Below, in pieces: positions 23,128 to 36,800 of a stretch of DNA of 64,000 nt. The notes under the pieces were generated by a model, which was not told the DNA's origin, made no database searches, and was given only the letters and a program-made list of their open reading frames with translations. Both the position numbers and the translations under genes were made by a program. This DNA is from Takakia lepidozioides (taxonomy: Eukaryota > Plantae > Bryophyta), in the NCBI GenBank assembly GCA_030704615.1, contig CM060734.1, positions 56,730,001 to 56,794,000 on the forward strand, in the 5' to 3' direction. Numbering within the stretch: the first letter of the stretch is position 1; each line of letters starts with the position of its first letter.

Positions 23128-26100
23128 CTAATCTCTAGGCTCCAAAATAATAGGCACTTTCACTGTTTTATCCCCGCGCAGTACCTCCACATTTACCTGC
23201 AACAGATCAAGCACATCCATCAGTTCCTGCCAATGTACCATCGAATCACAACCATCCCACAACTTACTCAGCACTGGAAATGAAGGTTCACATACAAACT
23301 GTACAGCCAGTGCCTTTCAATTCCCACTTCTCCAATCTTTGCTTTGTACACCTCTCACTTTCTCCTATGCTTCAAGATAACAAGCCGACATGTTCCGGAA
23401 GGTGGAGAAGGCAGGAGAAATTACTTTGTCGCCCACTTTACAGCGGTCCAAGATCCTATATAGGTCACTGCCATTTTTCACTTTTTGGCCATTGAGTGAG
23501 GTTATAACATCCCCCAACACCAGGCGGCCATACGAGTCCCGTGTTGTCGGCTTCAATCCCTGAGATCACGTCCAAAGCACATGGTCAGATCTCTATACCT
23601 GCACCACCCAAATGATAAACAGAACTATCACTGGAAAAATCACAGGAGAGACCTCAACGACCTCAAAGACAGAAGGGAAGAAAGAGAGAAAATGATTACC
23701 ACTCCAGGACACAGCAAACCCCAGTGATATGACACGACTAGTTGATAACTGAGAAACATAATAGCTCCAGCTCCATTATCAGAAAGAGATCTCAGGTATT
23801 TACAAACAACCTAGGTAACCATGAATGCCAACTTCCACGCAAACATTGGTGGCGACACCCATGAAAAACAGGATGCTTACAGCTTTGCCTGCAGGACCTC
23901 CAGGAGGAGCGTCCAGTACAAGGACTCCACTCACACCCAATTGCTCCACTGATTGTTCAGGAGCAAATGAGATGCCAAGCACTGGGCGTGTCACCTTCCC
24001 AAACTTCACAATCTGGTCCACAATGCCGCTCACCTATCCCCCCCACATAGCCGCATGATCTCCTCTCAAATAGACTTCAAATAAACTCAAGTGCCAAAGC
24101 TAGACCTCTGTTTTGAGCTGTGGTGAAAAGAACAGTAATTTATACCTCACTTGAGATGTCACTTGACTGCTTACAATACAATCAAACCTGTGCTCCATAG
24201 GAAAGATAAAATAAAGATAGTGCACTTACTGTTCTTAAACAACACCAACAAAAGTTTGATGAACATACACATCAGGCCTATCCTTTGCTCCAAATGCTAG
24301 GATATCCATAACAGTGATAGGCACAGCCATCTCAAGGGGATGGCACGATCTATCTGTTCACTGGTTGCTACAGACCCCTTTTCCTGGGAGAAACCCAGTT
24401 GACTCGTATGGATAACCTACAGAAGGAATGTCTGTGATTCGCTACTTACCGTATCAACAGGAATAGAGAAGCCCACACCCGAAGAAGCACCTGATGGAGA
24501 GTAAATGGCTGTGTTGATGCCAATGAGGTTCCCAGAGCTATCCAGCAGTGGGCCTCCACTATTGCCTGGGTTGATGGCAGCATCTGTCTGAATAACATCC
24601 TGTATTGGCCGCCCTGTTGCGGCTGAGGATATCTCTCTCCGCAACCCACTGCAGCCAATTGCTATTGTGGTTACTTGCTACAATAAACATTGACAATCAT
24701 CTCTCATGATGCTCTGCAATACGAATGGGGGGAGATAGAAGAAAGCATACCTGATAACCCCAGTGGTAAGCGTATGGTCCAGCCCAAACTGCAGTCATCA
24801 CGAAAAGAAGCCAAAAATGAACCTCAGCTGTGACCTAGCCATACACTCAGAGAAATATTAAACCTACCTTCCACTTGGACTTTGTCCCTTCCTAATCTTT
24901 ACCCGGGTAAACTTGGGGTAAACCTGCTGTGCAGCAACAGAAATCGCTGCATGCATACCAACATTCCATCCAGGTTGACTAGCCATCTATCCTTAAGGCC
25001 TCAGACAACCTTGGTCACTTTGAAGGAAAAACAAGTAATGAGTAGAAAGGACCCTTACCCTAAATTTCTCCGTTTCTTTAAATACTCTCGCTCAAGAAAG
25101 TTCTGGCCCCTGCTATGTCCTCCTCTGCTATTTTCTTCACTCTATGGCTACAGTCACTATGACCAACTTTTAGTGCCATTCCTAAGACCCACTTATGAAT
25201 AATATATTCCAAATAATGTTTCAGTGTAGAAGATCAACTAGCAAGCACAATGTCTACATATCTCTTCAAGAATTGACCTGAACATTACTGCGCACAGTGA
25301 AATTGTGATCTTCTCCATAAATTGAAGATGTCAGGGGTTCAAGCTAGATGGGTCAAGGTAGTGAATCAATGGTTTTCAGGAGAGGTGGTCCATACCGGGT
25401 TGCCAATGGCAAAAACTCGTTGACCGACAAGGAGGTCGGATGAGCTGCCCACAGGCAATGGACGAAGTTTGTCATTGGGAGCATTAATGTGCAGCACTGC
25501 TACATCCTTGTCCTCATCAAACCCAACCACGTCCGCCTCATAAACTGACTGATCCCCTAGTGTAACCCTGCGTCACACCTTCCCCCTCACTCACATCACT
25601 GCATGCCTGCTGAGCTAAGGCCTTCACTTCCTCATTCTTGAGAGAAATATGACTATTGTTTCCTTTCTGTAAAGATTGTATGTTGAGTGTGATACTAACC
25701 CTCCAGTGCTGGTCTTTGAGACTTAACCCTCCTAGGCTAAGAGACCGCTGCTAAGAGACAGCTAGATAGAGCTCAAGAAGAAACAGCAAATAGGTCCACC
25801 TCCTTCCCCACCCTCATCATCGTTTGCTATCCCAGACCCTTCTTGTTAGAGAAAGGACTGAAGCTTCAAACAGTCGTGTGAACATACCGCAGGTCCGAAG
25901 CACCCCTAATCACGTGGTAATTGGTCACAATGTGGCCATCCTTGTCCCATATAAACCCTGATCCTGAGCCTTGTGGCACTGCCATCACATCCAGAGTAAA
26001 CACATCCTTTCTGTTTGGGAATCCCCCACAACCAACACAACCAACATCTCCAGCGATTAGCTGCCTCTCTCTAAGATGGGTCAAAGAGCGCGCGAGAGAA

Positions 26101-26998
26101 ACACCTACTCAAAGACCTAGCTGCACGGAGCTTTCCAATGACAAACCCATGCACAGCATGCAAAAAGGAGAAGAGAATTGGGAGAGGGGATCTACCGAAC
26201 AGCAAGATTGGTGATATATACAACAGAAGGGGTATTGTCTTGAAAGAGCTGGACAGTGGCAAGCTCATCGCCCTTCAGTTTCCTGGGGCCCGCAGTCACA
26301 AACGCTTGCGCCTCCAGTCCATTCGTCATGACTAACACCACAATGGCGAGAGCTGCAATCCACACTGACACCTTTGACGGCATTCTTCCGGCCATAGATG
26401 CCCCTTTCTGCACCAGCATGGTAGCATTTCTCACTAGATTGGAGGTATAAGAGGTCAAACCCGCAGAATTTAGCACGCACTTAGCTGTCTTGTCGTCACA
26501 AAACGGCTTACGTGTTGAGGGGTTTAGGAAGCCTGGTAGCAAAGGCACGAGCGCTTCACCATTCCGCCCAGATCCTGCTCTACCTCCCAACTTGATATCC
26601 CTGTCCACAAAACTGCTATTTCTCCCTTCAACCTCCTCAATCCAATCCCTTCCGATCGGAACATCATCACCTTGGACAGCCTCACATTCTCCTTCCAAGG
26701 AACTCCGCCTATCAATAGCAGAAGCTCTACTTTTCCGCAATCCATATCTCTGCCGCCTTAGCTTCTCACCAGCAAGAACTTGTCTACTTAAGAATCCACA
26801 ATGGCGGATAGTGGGAAAAGATCTAGAGGCCCAATCCTCGACTCCCCTCAAAACTCCCAGCTCAATCCTGCTTCTGCAGACTTCCAATCTACTCGAAATA
26901 GTCACGGAACGATGGGATCCTGAAGAAAATTGGAAGCCATATTGCGAGCTCTGAACTGGAGAGCACATGGAGAAGCAGGGTGAGATGGTGGCAGCCAT
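23128..26998 (-). CDS. DEGP1: Protease Do-like 1, chloroplast thylakoid lumen (Deg/HtrA serine protease plus PDZ), 8 exons
   Basis: [24 protein letters not shown]|[60 protein letters not shown] and [29 protein letters not shown]. Last exon [22 protein letters not shown]. Long transit-like N-terminus with a hydrophobic AxA signal. Confidence 0.95.
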
Positions 26999-27867
26999 AG
27001 CTGGCCAAGCTGCAGTCTGTGAGTGCAACGGACACTCCCTCCCGACAGGGCGCGCAGATGGATGATCTCTTGGATGGACGATTCTCGGAATCAACGGAGA
27101 ACCTTCTGGACCATTGAGAGCTCCTTCAAGTATGTATCTTCACCTCTGCCTACAGACAAGACAAGACATGACTTGCTCTTCTCCATGGAAGCTTTGCAGG
27201 ATCTCTGAAGCTTCACCAACAGTAGAGGACTTCTCTGGATCTGGAGAAGTCCATAAGTTGAAACAGATGGAACTCGAGTGCTTTGTGACATCACAAACAT
27301 TGATTACTCAAAATGCTTGGTGTTATTACAGAGGACATCAATGAAGAAGTCCGCTAGTCTCTACTCCTCATCAAAGTAGAGGGCTACAAAGATGCTTCAA
27401 GAAGTGCTACAAAGTACACAATGTGCTTGGTATTTTGTCAAGGTTTCCAGCGCTGGGCAACAACTGAAGGAGCTCTGCATGAAGTCGGATTGAACTGTAC
27501 AACGACGGCAATATTTTGCAATAAGCACGCTGCAATTGGCAGTCTGATCTGGAGTGCACCACGCAGGGGTCCTTTACTGTAAGATCTGCTGCCAAGTTTT
27601 CCATGAATTACATCAACCTGCAAACTGCACTGTCCTCTATCTAAGAGTTTGATGGAAAGAATCCCTGTCACTCATGTGGATGCACTCTGATGGAAATTTC
27701 ATGCTTGAGCCAATTGGTCTAATCCTGTTGAGAGGCCTGGGCGCAAGCAAATGCTTGAATAGGCCATAATGTATGTTTTCAATAGTTGAATGTGTGTATG
27801 TAATCAAGAACAGATGCCCTGAAATTTAAATCTCAACCCCAAAAATAGATTGACTAAATACCAGAGC

Positions 27868-30800
27868 TCAGGGTGCAGCACACAGTGTGTGCTGGAGCAA
27901 GTCAGACAAGTCCCCATCAGACAGGGACCTTGAGCTCAGGTAGTGTTGGAATTCTGGCCTCCTGTATTTCAGCATCAGTCATGTAGTCAGTTTCATGAGT
28001 AAACATACAATCAGAATTCATCCAGCCATATTACTAGAGCCAGTAGCCACAGGCATTATCAGCAATCACTTCAAAATGCAGTAGATTCCAACCACAGCAA
28101 GCTGACACAACACTAAACCTTGCACCATCCGAGGCACCCACCAACACCCAAAAACAGCACCAACAAGCAGGATCATAGACCAAACACACTGGACAGACAA
28201 CTCAAGACCCAATAGTATAACCTGCTGCAGCGAACGTGGCCTGAGGCCATAGCTGTAACAACAAATGCCTGGACATAGCTTACATTTGAGGACAGATTGT
28301 ACCAACCTTTGTCGTCTACTAGTGGGGAATGCAGTATCAACAGGGCCACCACGGCGAGCCTCTTCCAGGTGGCTTATTCGGCCAAGGAATGCCCAGTATT
28401 CCTGTCTGGCTGGTGATCCTAGCAGGCTGATTCTGGGTGGTACCACAGCCCTCACAACTTTCTCTACCCCTGCCTGCTTTTCCTGTCTGGACACACCGAG
28501 CAATACATTCAGAGAGTGCATGAACATATGCTTGCACCATACCAGCTACTCAGTGGATACTGTACAGCCAATGACAATTCAGCTACAAGGTATTGAGTTT
28601 TTCTGTATTGCTTGAATTGACTTCATGGTAGATAGCATTAGGTTGGCACCAGTGCTGCTACTGTCACTCTCTAGCTTGCAACAGATCTGACACATCGGCT
28701 GTGGGTGCACTGCCAGTCACTGTGAGAGAAAGGGAGACAAAGACACATGCAATAATCTACTCACTGATGAATCCCTAAGGTGGGGTATGCATCACCCCGA
28801 AATTGTCACAGGGTGTTCAGCATTGATGGATTGTCTGGGATTCATAGAGGACAGCATAAGGTTCATTTGAGCATTATTTGCAGCGTATGAAGAGGACGAA
28901 GAGAAGAGATGGACAAAGCGAAACAAAGGGAGAGAGAAGAGAGAGAAACTTCATGACCACCACAGGGGGCCCTTGGGACGAATAGAACAACAAGAAAACA
29001 CTTCAAAAACCATCAAACAATGTCTTAAGATAAACTACCACATATAGAGAGGAAGGGAGAGAGAGACCTGATGAGCTCCTGCTGCAAACAAGGAGGGTTG
29101 ATATGCCAGGGATGGGATGGCAAGCTGCCAGACAGATGGAGGTGATCCAGGGCTTGATTTAGACGCACTTGCGCCAGTGATGCAGCTACATCCCTACATG
29201 TGTCTACTTTGCCATATTCATCGGCTCCTGGACCCCCTACGGTTGAGAGGACATCGCACACTGAAAGATCGGAGAGAACTTCAGCTAAGAGACAACTGTC
29301 CTTGATTGCATGCCGACTATCGGGACTCAAGAAAGAGCTGAACTGCTGTCGTGATCCACGCAAGGTCAACCACACATCCTTCATTGAATCACAGCTGGCA
29401 GATAAATTGGTAGAACTCTCGAGACCCTTTAACAACCTGGTGCTGGACATACCTTCAACCATCCCATCGTCACCTTCTGAAATTGTCATCTTATTCTGCT
29501 GATCACCTTCCAATCTACGCAGCCTCACCAACCGGTGCCTGTTACAAGAATGGCTTATGCCTGGTCCAGCAGGCTCACTCTCTGTGCTCTCTGGGCCCTC
29601 CAACAACTTGGGGCTGGACAGACTACTGGCTGCCATTTCAATCTTTGCTCCACCTTCCTGCTGTTCACTGTTCAAACTTGAGATTGACCACCTAGGCACA
29701 TCAAGTTCACTCTCAATGACTTGATCCCTGGGCCCAATGCAAGTACTCTCTGGACCCCCTGACAACCTGGTGCTGGACAAACTCACAGCTATCATGTTGT
29801 CATCTTCCGCCTCTGTTACATTATTCTGCTGCAAGTCTTTTAATCTACACAGCTTCAAAACCCTTTTCCTTTGGCCACAACGGCTAATGCCTGATCCAGA
29901 TGGCTCACCTGTCAGATGGCTATCCTGCCCCTCCAACAATTTCTGGATGGACCGACTGCCGGCTGTCATGTCATCAGGTGTAAGAACTGAAGATTGTTTT
30001 GCTAAGCCAGCAACATCACCATTGGATATCAACCGGAGCCTCCCACGACAACGGCCAATTACTGGTCCAGAGTGCTCACTGGGCGAGCTGGACTGAATGC
30101 CAGATGTCATCTCCTGAGCTATAAAAACAGCACATTTTTCTGCTAAGACTTCAACATTAGAATTGGATATCGTCGGAAGCCGGTCACAACAACGGCTAAT
30201 GCCTATTATAGAAGGCTCACTTTGACCGCTCTCTGGATCCTCCAACAACTTTGGGCTGGATGGACTGCAGGCTGTCATGTCATCATCTGTAAGAACAGTA
30301 CATTGATCTCCTAAGCCAGCAATGCTTGAATTGGATGTCAACTGGGGCCTGTCATAACAGTGGCTAATTCCCGGTCCAGAAGGCTCATGCAGCATGGCCT
30401 CTAGGCCCTCCAATGACTTTGGGCTGGATACTGTCATCTCATCAGCTGTAAGAAAGGTAGATTCCTTTGCTAAGCTGGCAATGCTGGAATTGGATCTCAA
30501 CTGGGGCCTCACAGAACAGATGCCCGGTCCAGAAAGCTCACCCTTACTGCTCTCTGGTGCCTCCAACAACTTGGGGCTGGACAAACTGCCACCTGTCATG
30601 TCAGAAACAATGAGAATGGCTGATTGCTCCATTAAGTCAGCAATGTCCGAATTGGGTACCAACTGGGGCCTCTCATTCCACGAGGCAATTCCTGATCCAC
30701 AAGCCTCATCCTGTGTACTCTCTGGGTCCTCCAACAACTTGGGGCTGGATGGACTGCAAGCTGTCATCTCATTGGCTGTAAGATTAGTAGATCGATCTGG

Positions 30801-33800
30801 TAAGCCGTCCATCATAGCATTGAATATCTGTGGTCTGCCACAACAACCACTAGTGCCTGGATCATCCTGAGAGCTCTCTAGGCCCTCCAATAATGTTGGG
30901 CTGGACAGAACGCCAGCTGTCATCTCATGGCCTGCAACATCAGAATCGGATCTCATCCCTGCACTTTGACGCCTTAGCTTCATTTTGAGCTTAGTTAGTG
31001 ATATGACCTTCCATGTGTCGCGGCCCATCAAGTCATCCCCACCATTTAGCAAATTTTCATTGTCATCACCAGCATGTGCTGTCCTTTGATTTCCGCTTGC
31101 ATTTGATTCCCTCCGCGCTGCATCTTGAAGTTTCTTCAAGGCTTTCCGTGCTTTGGATGCAGCCTCAACTTCAGCTTGAAGAGCGACCGCCCTCTTGTGT
31201 GCTGAATAGGCAGCAGCCAAGGCTGCCCGCTCCTCCAAATTCTGCTGCATTGCCAACAGGTGCACTGCAATTGTCTGTGCCAGTTGGCAGGGCAAACTAT
31301 CTCCAAAGAGGTGAGGCAAAATACGGTGTTGGGCATCACATTCCAATAGCCAATCCCAATCCAAATTGGCTTTTCCAGCATTGCCTCTGTCCCTGGGAGT
31401 CCTTGTCTTCCCATTCTCATACTGTACCTTTGGATGCTTTGATCTGTCCTCCCCTTTTGCCAGCATTTTCTCTTTCAAATCTGTTGTAAATGCAACTGTT
31501 CTTGCAGCGGGGGATATCTGAGGACATCCGTCTCGTCTTTTCACAGAGGAACCTTGAGGGCATCCATCCAACTGCAACAGGCACCCTTCCAACCCAGCAC
31601 TGACAACTTGTCCACTCCTAATGTGCTGCTTGGATACGATGTGAGGCAGTTCAAAGGTGGAAGGCATGGGAAGCAGACTCCCCAATTCCTGGGTAGCAGT
31701 TGAAAGTCCCTGACCCCAGAACTGCAGTAGCATAAGAGACTTCCGCAGATCATGATTACAAGCCTTCACAATGTTTTCCATTGTAGCAGGGCTGGCCCCC
31801 ACCCCCTCTGCCAAGCAAACCTGCAACCAGCACCTTGTGAGAACTCCCTCTCTTACTATACATACGTCTATAAGATAGTGACATTGTTTCCTGTTTGAAA
31901 CTTCAGAGATCCTCGTTGGAGTCCCTTGGTAATGAAGACCGAAATTATGTAGCAGCCTACCCTCTTGAGGCACTCAAGTCTCTAGCCAGATCTAGGCAGA
32001 AACTTACCAAGTCCAGCAGAAGCTTACAATTCCCTTTCTTTGTGGGTTTGGAGATCTCTTTGGACCTTTTTGTTTCCATGGACCTACTAAAATTTATTTC
32101 TGTGGTCTCTCTGCAACACTGCTATGGAAAGCAAGTCTATTGAGTACATCTAGTGCTAGGATAACACTGCAACAGAGCTTACCATGTATGCATGTGTCAC
32201 CAATTCCATTGTGGACAGACACTGGAACTCAAGAGTTTGTAGTTTCCTCAACTGTGGCAAAGCTGGCTCCTGGTCTGGTCACAAACATGAGCCATCATCT
32301 CAATGTAGAGCTCAGCAGACTGACTGTTAGTCAACCAACAGTCACATCTTTCTATACAATGCAAATGGAAGACCGTAATACAGGGTTTAACATATAGTTT
32401 CAAGGATCCAGTCATGGGTAGTGTGGGGCTATTTCCTTTTTGCTGGTTAGTTCGAAAGTAACGAAAAACATTGAAATAGTGCACTGTAAGAACAAATATG
32501 ATCAAACAACGAAACATGAGGAAGTGAGCAAGCAGAGTAGATACTGGAGATAAATGCAGAAGCAGACTGCTGAAATCTGAACCTATCCAAAGACAATCTT
32601 GTGGCTTGGGAACTGGGGTCTTACTGTTGGTCGTCAGGACAATTGGGCACTTGGTGGTCGCAGACAACTGTACCACTGCCCCCATGAACCCGCTATCCTC
32701 CTCAAAGACCATATCCACATCCTCAAACAATATGACCCTCATCTTCCTCAAGGAAGAGGGTGGAGGACAGTTCCCCAAAGCAGCAACCCCATGAAGAGGT
32801 TGCTGACTTAGAGATGCTATCTCTTGTTTAAGCATATTGCCACTCTCAAATGTTTCGGAGTTCTTTTGTTTCTTTGTCATACACTCACAAGAACCTGATG
32901 GGATGGCTCCTGCCAAGATAGCAGTTGTAGCTCTGTTCCCTGCGGACCTGCCAAGCATCAAGCAGTGATTTCCCTTTTAGTTTCTTGAGGTCATTACAGC
33001 CATAGCCCTCCACGGGGTCAGTAGCAGTGCAACTACAACCACATCTGTCACAGCTGAGTTCAGGAAAAGCAGGCTCCAATACCAGTCCTGATGTCAACAC
33101 TATGCTTACTACTGGGATGCAAATGCCAGCACACTTAATTCCCAGGAAGTGGTGGATTAACAGCTAAATTACTGGCACATGGAGGGTTAGTAATAAACTA
33201 TGGTATCACAGCCACATCTCACCCTACACTACAACCTTTAGTTGCATGTTTGCTAAGCTCTCACATCATGCGATTCTCTTAAGGACTGGAGTTCCATGCA
33301 ATAAGAAATTTTCCCCAGTTTTGTTTACTACCTAATCAATACTGCCTCACCCACCCCTCTAAAGCCTTATTCCTTGGCACAGGACCTTCTACTGATGTAG
33401 GACACATTCATGTTTTACTTACCAGCCTGCCACTTGTCAAACATCTCACCAACAATCGCCAGTAATTAGCAGGCAGTCTTACGGCCTAGAGATAGTCCTT
33501 TTCGTCAGGCTGACAATTTGATACAGAAAGAAAGCAAGAGTCTGGTTTGGTAGATTGACTTGATAATCTGCACTACGAGATGCCAACAACCACAACTGTG
33601 ACTCAACCTGGTAGAGCTCACTTGCAAATATGTAGCAGGTTCCCAGTGAGCATTGACCACATACTTTGCTTTGGAACAACCAAAATAGGATGAACAACTA
33701 AAGCCACAGAATGGCTATACACAAACTAGGACAGCAACCCAAAATAAAATAAAATCGAATGAATGCATGCATAACAGTAAGCTTGGGCCACATGACAATG

Positions 33801-36800
33801 TAAAGTTTCAAACCGGTTGCTGAGACCGTGGGACTCCATAGCCTCCTTAAACTTGTGCTTAATCAGGGCTCCACTCCGGCAATCAGATGCATTGACCTAT
33901 GAAACGACAAGGTGACAAATAAACAAAACTTCAAGTGAAGGTTGACAGTTCGTGCGCAAGAGTAAAACGAGCGAAATTCTTCAGGACACTCAATGAAGAC
34001 ATTCCTTACCTCAATGACTGTGTAACCCTGTTCTCTAGCACATGCATAAATTGCTGCAGACTTGCCACACTGCACCACTCCAAAAACAACAGGCAGTTAG
34101 TCACCACATTCACACATGACAACAATACCACCTACCTATCATAGGCAATGAGTTATCTTGATTCCACAGAACCAAACCCTTGTGCTGCTTGCCTTCCAGT
34201 ATTCTTTGGCCATTTAATCAATGGCCAACAGTGAGTCAATGCTGGGAAGAGACACAAGAGGCAGCAATTGAATTAGGAGATCATCAAACTGTATTCTCAA
34301 CCATACCAAATGAATACAACCATTCCAAACACCAGTAATATCTATTCAGACGAAAGCATCTAGAAGTGACCAATTTACAAGCAATGCAAAACACAACGAG
34401 ACAAGAAGAAGAGTTCACCCACCCCCACAGGACCAGTCACTAGGATAGACTTGGGCAGGTCGTCATCATCATCCTCATCAGAAAAACTGTCGGGCTCATC
34501 CTCAAACCATCCACTGTCACTGTCACCACTTGCCGCGTCTTTCTTCTTTGCTGGACCTTTGTGTGACAAACTCTTCTCCTGCCAGCTACGAAGCCAGCGG
34601 CTCAGGGCCTCAACACAGTGCCTGTTCCCACAGACCTAAGCAATTATGTGTGAGGAATACAAGTCTGGCAAGTCCGTTACATCAAAAGAAACGCTGAGGA
34701 TGGTATAACGATAGTCCACAGGCCATGGGATCAATATCAACCAATTCCAAAGGTAAAAAGGCAAATACAACTACGGTGGAATGCAGGGAAGGAGGCTCAA
34801 GACCAGGTCTTTCCAGTTTCTGTCACTGCCACTGACAACAGTGAGGAAAACCAGCAAGGCAGCCAACACAACAGACATTTCAATACCTAGTATCTTGACA
34901 GTGGCAAGATGTTTCAGTCATGCCATCCTTTTGAAGTCCTGCTTTAGATGAAATGACAGAGCACAGTTGCTATATGGAAATCTGGAAGTCTTCTTCTCTC
35001 TGCATGTCACTTATCTGCATAATGCCATTAAAATCTCCTATTCAAATCTTGATCTGTTGTTTAGCCCCACCGCAGGACATCACTAACCTCCTGAGAAGAC
35101 TGGGGTTGATATCGATCAGTCCACAATGGGTTTTGACTGCAGCTGTAAGCCTCTGTTTGTCCTGGCTCTGGGAGTTGTGAGACAGAGATGTCATCAATAT
35201 GAGCTTGGCGACTGTAATACGATGAAAACCTGCTCCACAAAACAAAATGTCCAAACTCCCAGAGCTGTGATCAAATGAGGGCCTTGAGCTTGGCCACTGT
35301 AATACTATGAAGACCTGCTCCACAAAACAAAATGTGCAAAATCATCCAAATCTGGTGGTTCACCAGATCTACTGCCATCCTCAACATCTAGGATTGACAC
35401 TGGTTTCCCTAACTTTCGATCCTTGACAGTATGTAGACTGGAAGTTCTCATCACGAAAAGTTTGCAGTAGACTAGACTCTATAGAAGCCCTACAACCCAA
35501 ATTGGCAAGAGCAGGAGGGATAGAGACCAGGATAAGAAGAGAAAGAATGCCGGGGGAGCCAGAGTGCCTGTGGGAGAAAGAAATCATTGAAAGCCAGACC
35601 CGAGAGAGTAGAGAGGAAGAGAGAGAGAACGAAAACCTTTCCACCAGATTTCTCAAGGACAGACGATCAGCATTTTCTGACTCCACCCCCTTAGCCACAG
35701 ATGGTTGAATACGTGCGTTTCCAGCCTGTGCCTGATATGGAAGGCATTCAATGAGATTTTTAAGGTTCGCTTCTGTTTGGTTACATGGCCTTTTTCTGTT
35801 GTATTCATAATCATTCCTGCAAGTTTGCCCCTCCCTGCCTACTAGTTCAGAAAGACCTTCTGAACCCTATATTGATGGTGTTCACACATCCATTCCTAAA
35901 CACAGGACTTGAGAACCCGAACAGAGTAGATCCTATATCTGGACAGCTTGTGACTACAACAGACAGATTATAGGCTTCACAGCCTGATTTACCCATTATG
36001 GACCAAATCAAACAAACAAACACAAGCAATCAATCACTAACTCCCTCTCACCCTCTCTCACCAAGCCCAGCAAATGTTCAAGCTCAGTCAATCTTCAAGC
36101 TGTGAGGACTGTCTAGGCAGAAACTTCCGTTTACTGAATGGTCCTCAAATATGCACAAGGCCCCATTGCAATACCAGGTCGATTCCCGGTAGTGTGAAAA
36201 CCCACAGCCAGCTCTGAAGGAGGGTGACTGAAACCTGTGCACTATGCCAGTGGCATTAAGTCATAGCTAAAATAGGGAGCAGAATACATCTCTATGTCCA
36301 CATGTACATATATGTAGTCTCCTACCACTGGAGCAAACCACAAGCAATGGGAGAGACCACCATACTACTTGTAGCCCATCCATTTGCCCTGACTTCCTGA
36401 TCCACACTAGTTCGAGAGAAAATCTATCCCAGGCACTGTCATAGATGGTCCACTATCTTGCTGAAATGGATTGCAAGACCACACCTTCAAGTACGCAACC
36501 AGTTGCTGGAGTGCAGCCTCTACTGGGGATAGACACCCTTTTCCTGCACCTTCTTCGGTTGCCCAGGTCCACAGAAACAGTGGTGGACAGCACAACGTGA
36601 ATTTCCCAGCATGACCCTCTTCCGTCTTATTTCTTGTGGTTGTACCGTTGTCGAAATCCCAGCTTGGCCCGCACGATCTCTCTTGCTCCCCATCCTTCAC
36701 CACCTAATTTCCCCACATCCATATGATTGAATCAATCTCTTAAGCAATAGTGGATGAGTCTCTTGCACATTGCTGTACCCTCACCTAAAAGAGGATGAAT

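Noticed and set aside
35228-35710. Short duplication (ACCTGCTCCACAAAACAAAATGT x2) and GA-rich segment in an ELG1 intron as an LTR element
   Set aside because: No convincing termini, PPT/PBS or coding remnant.
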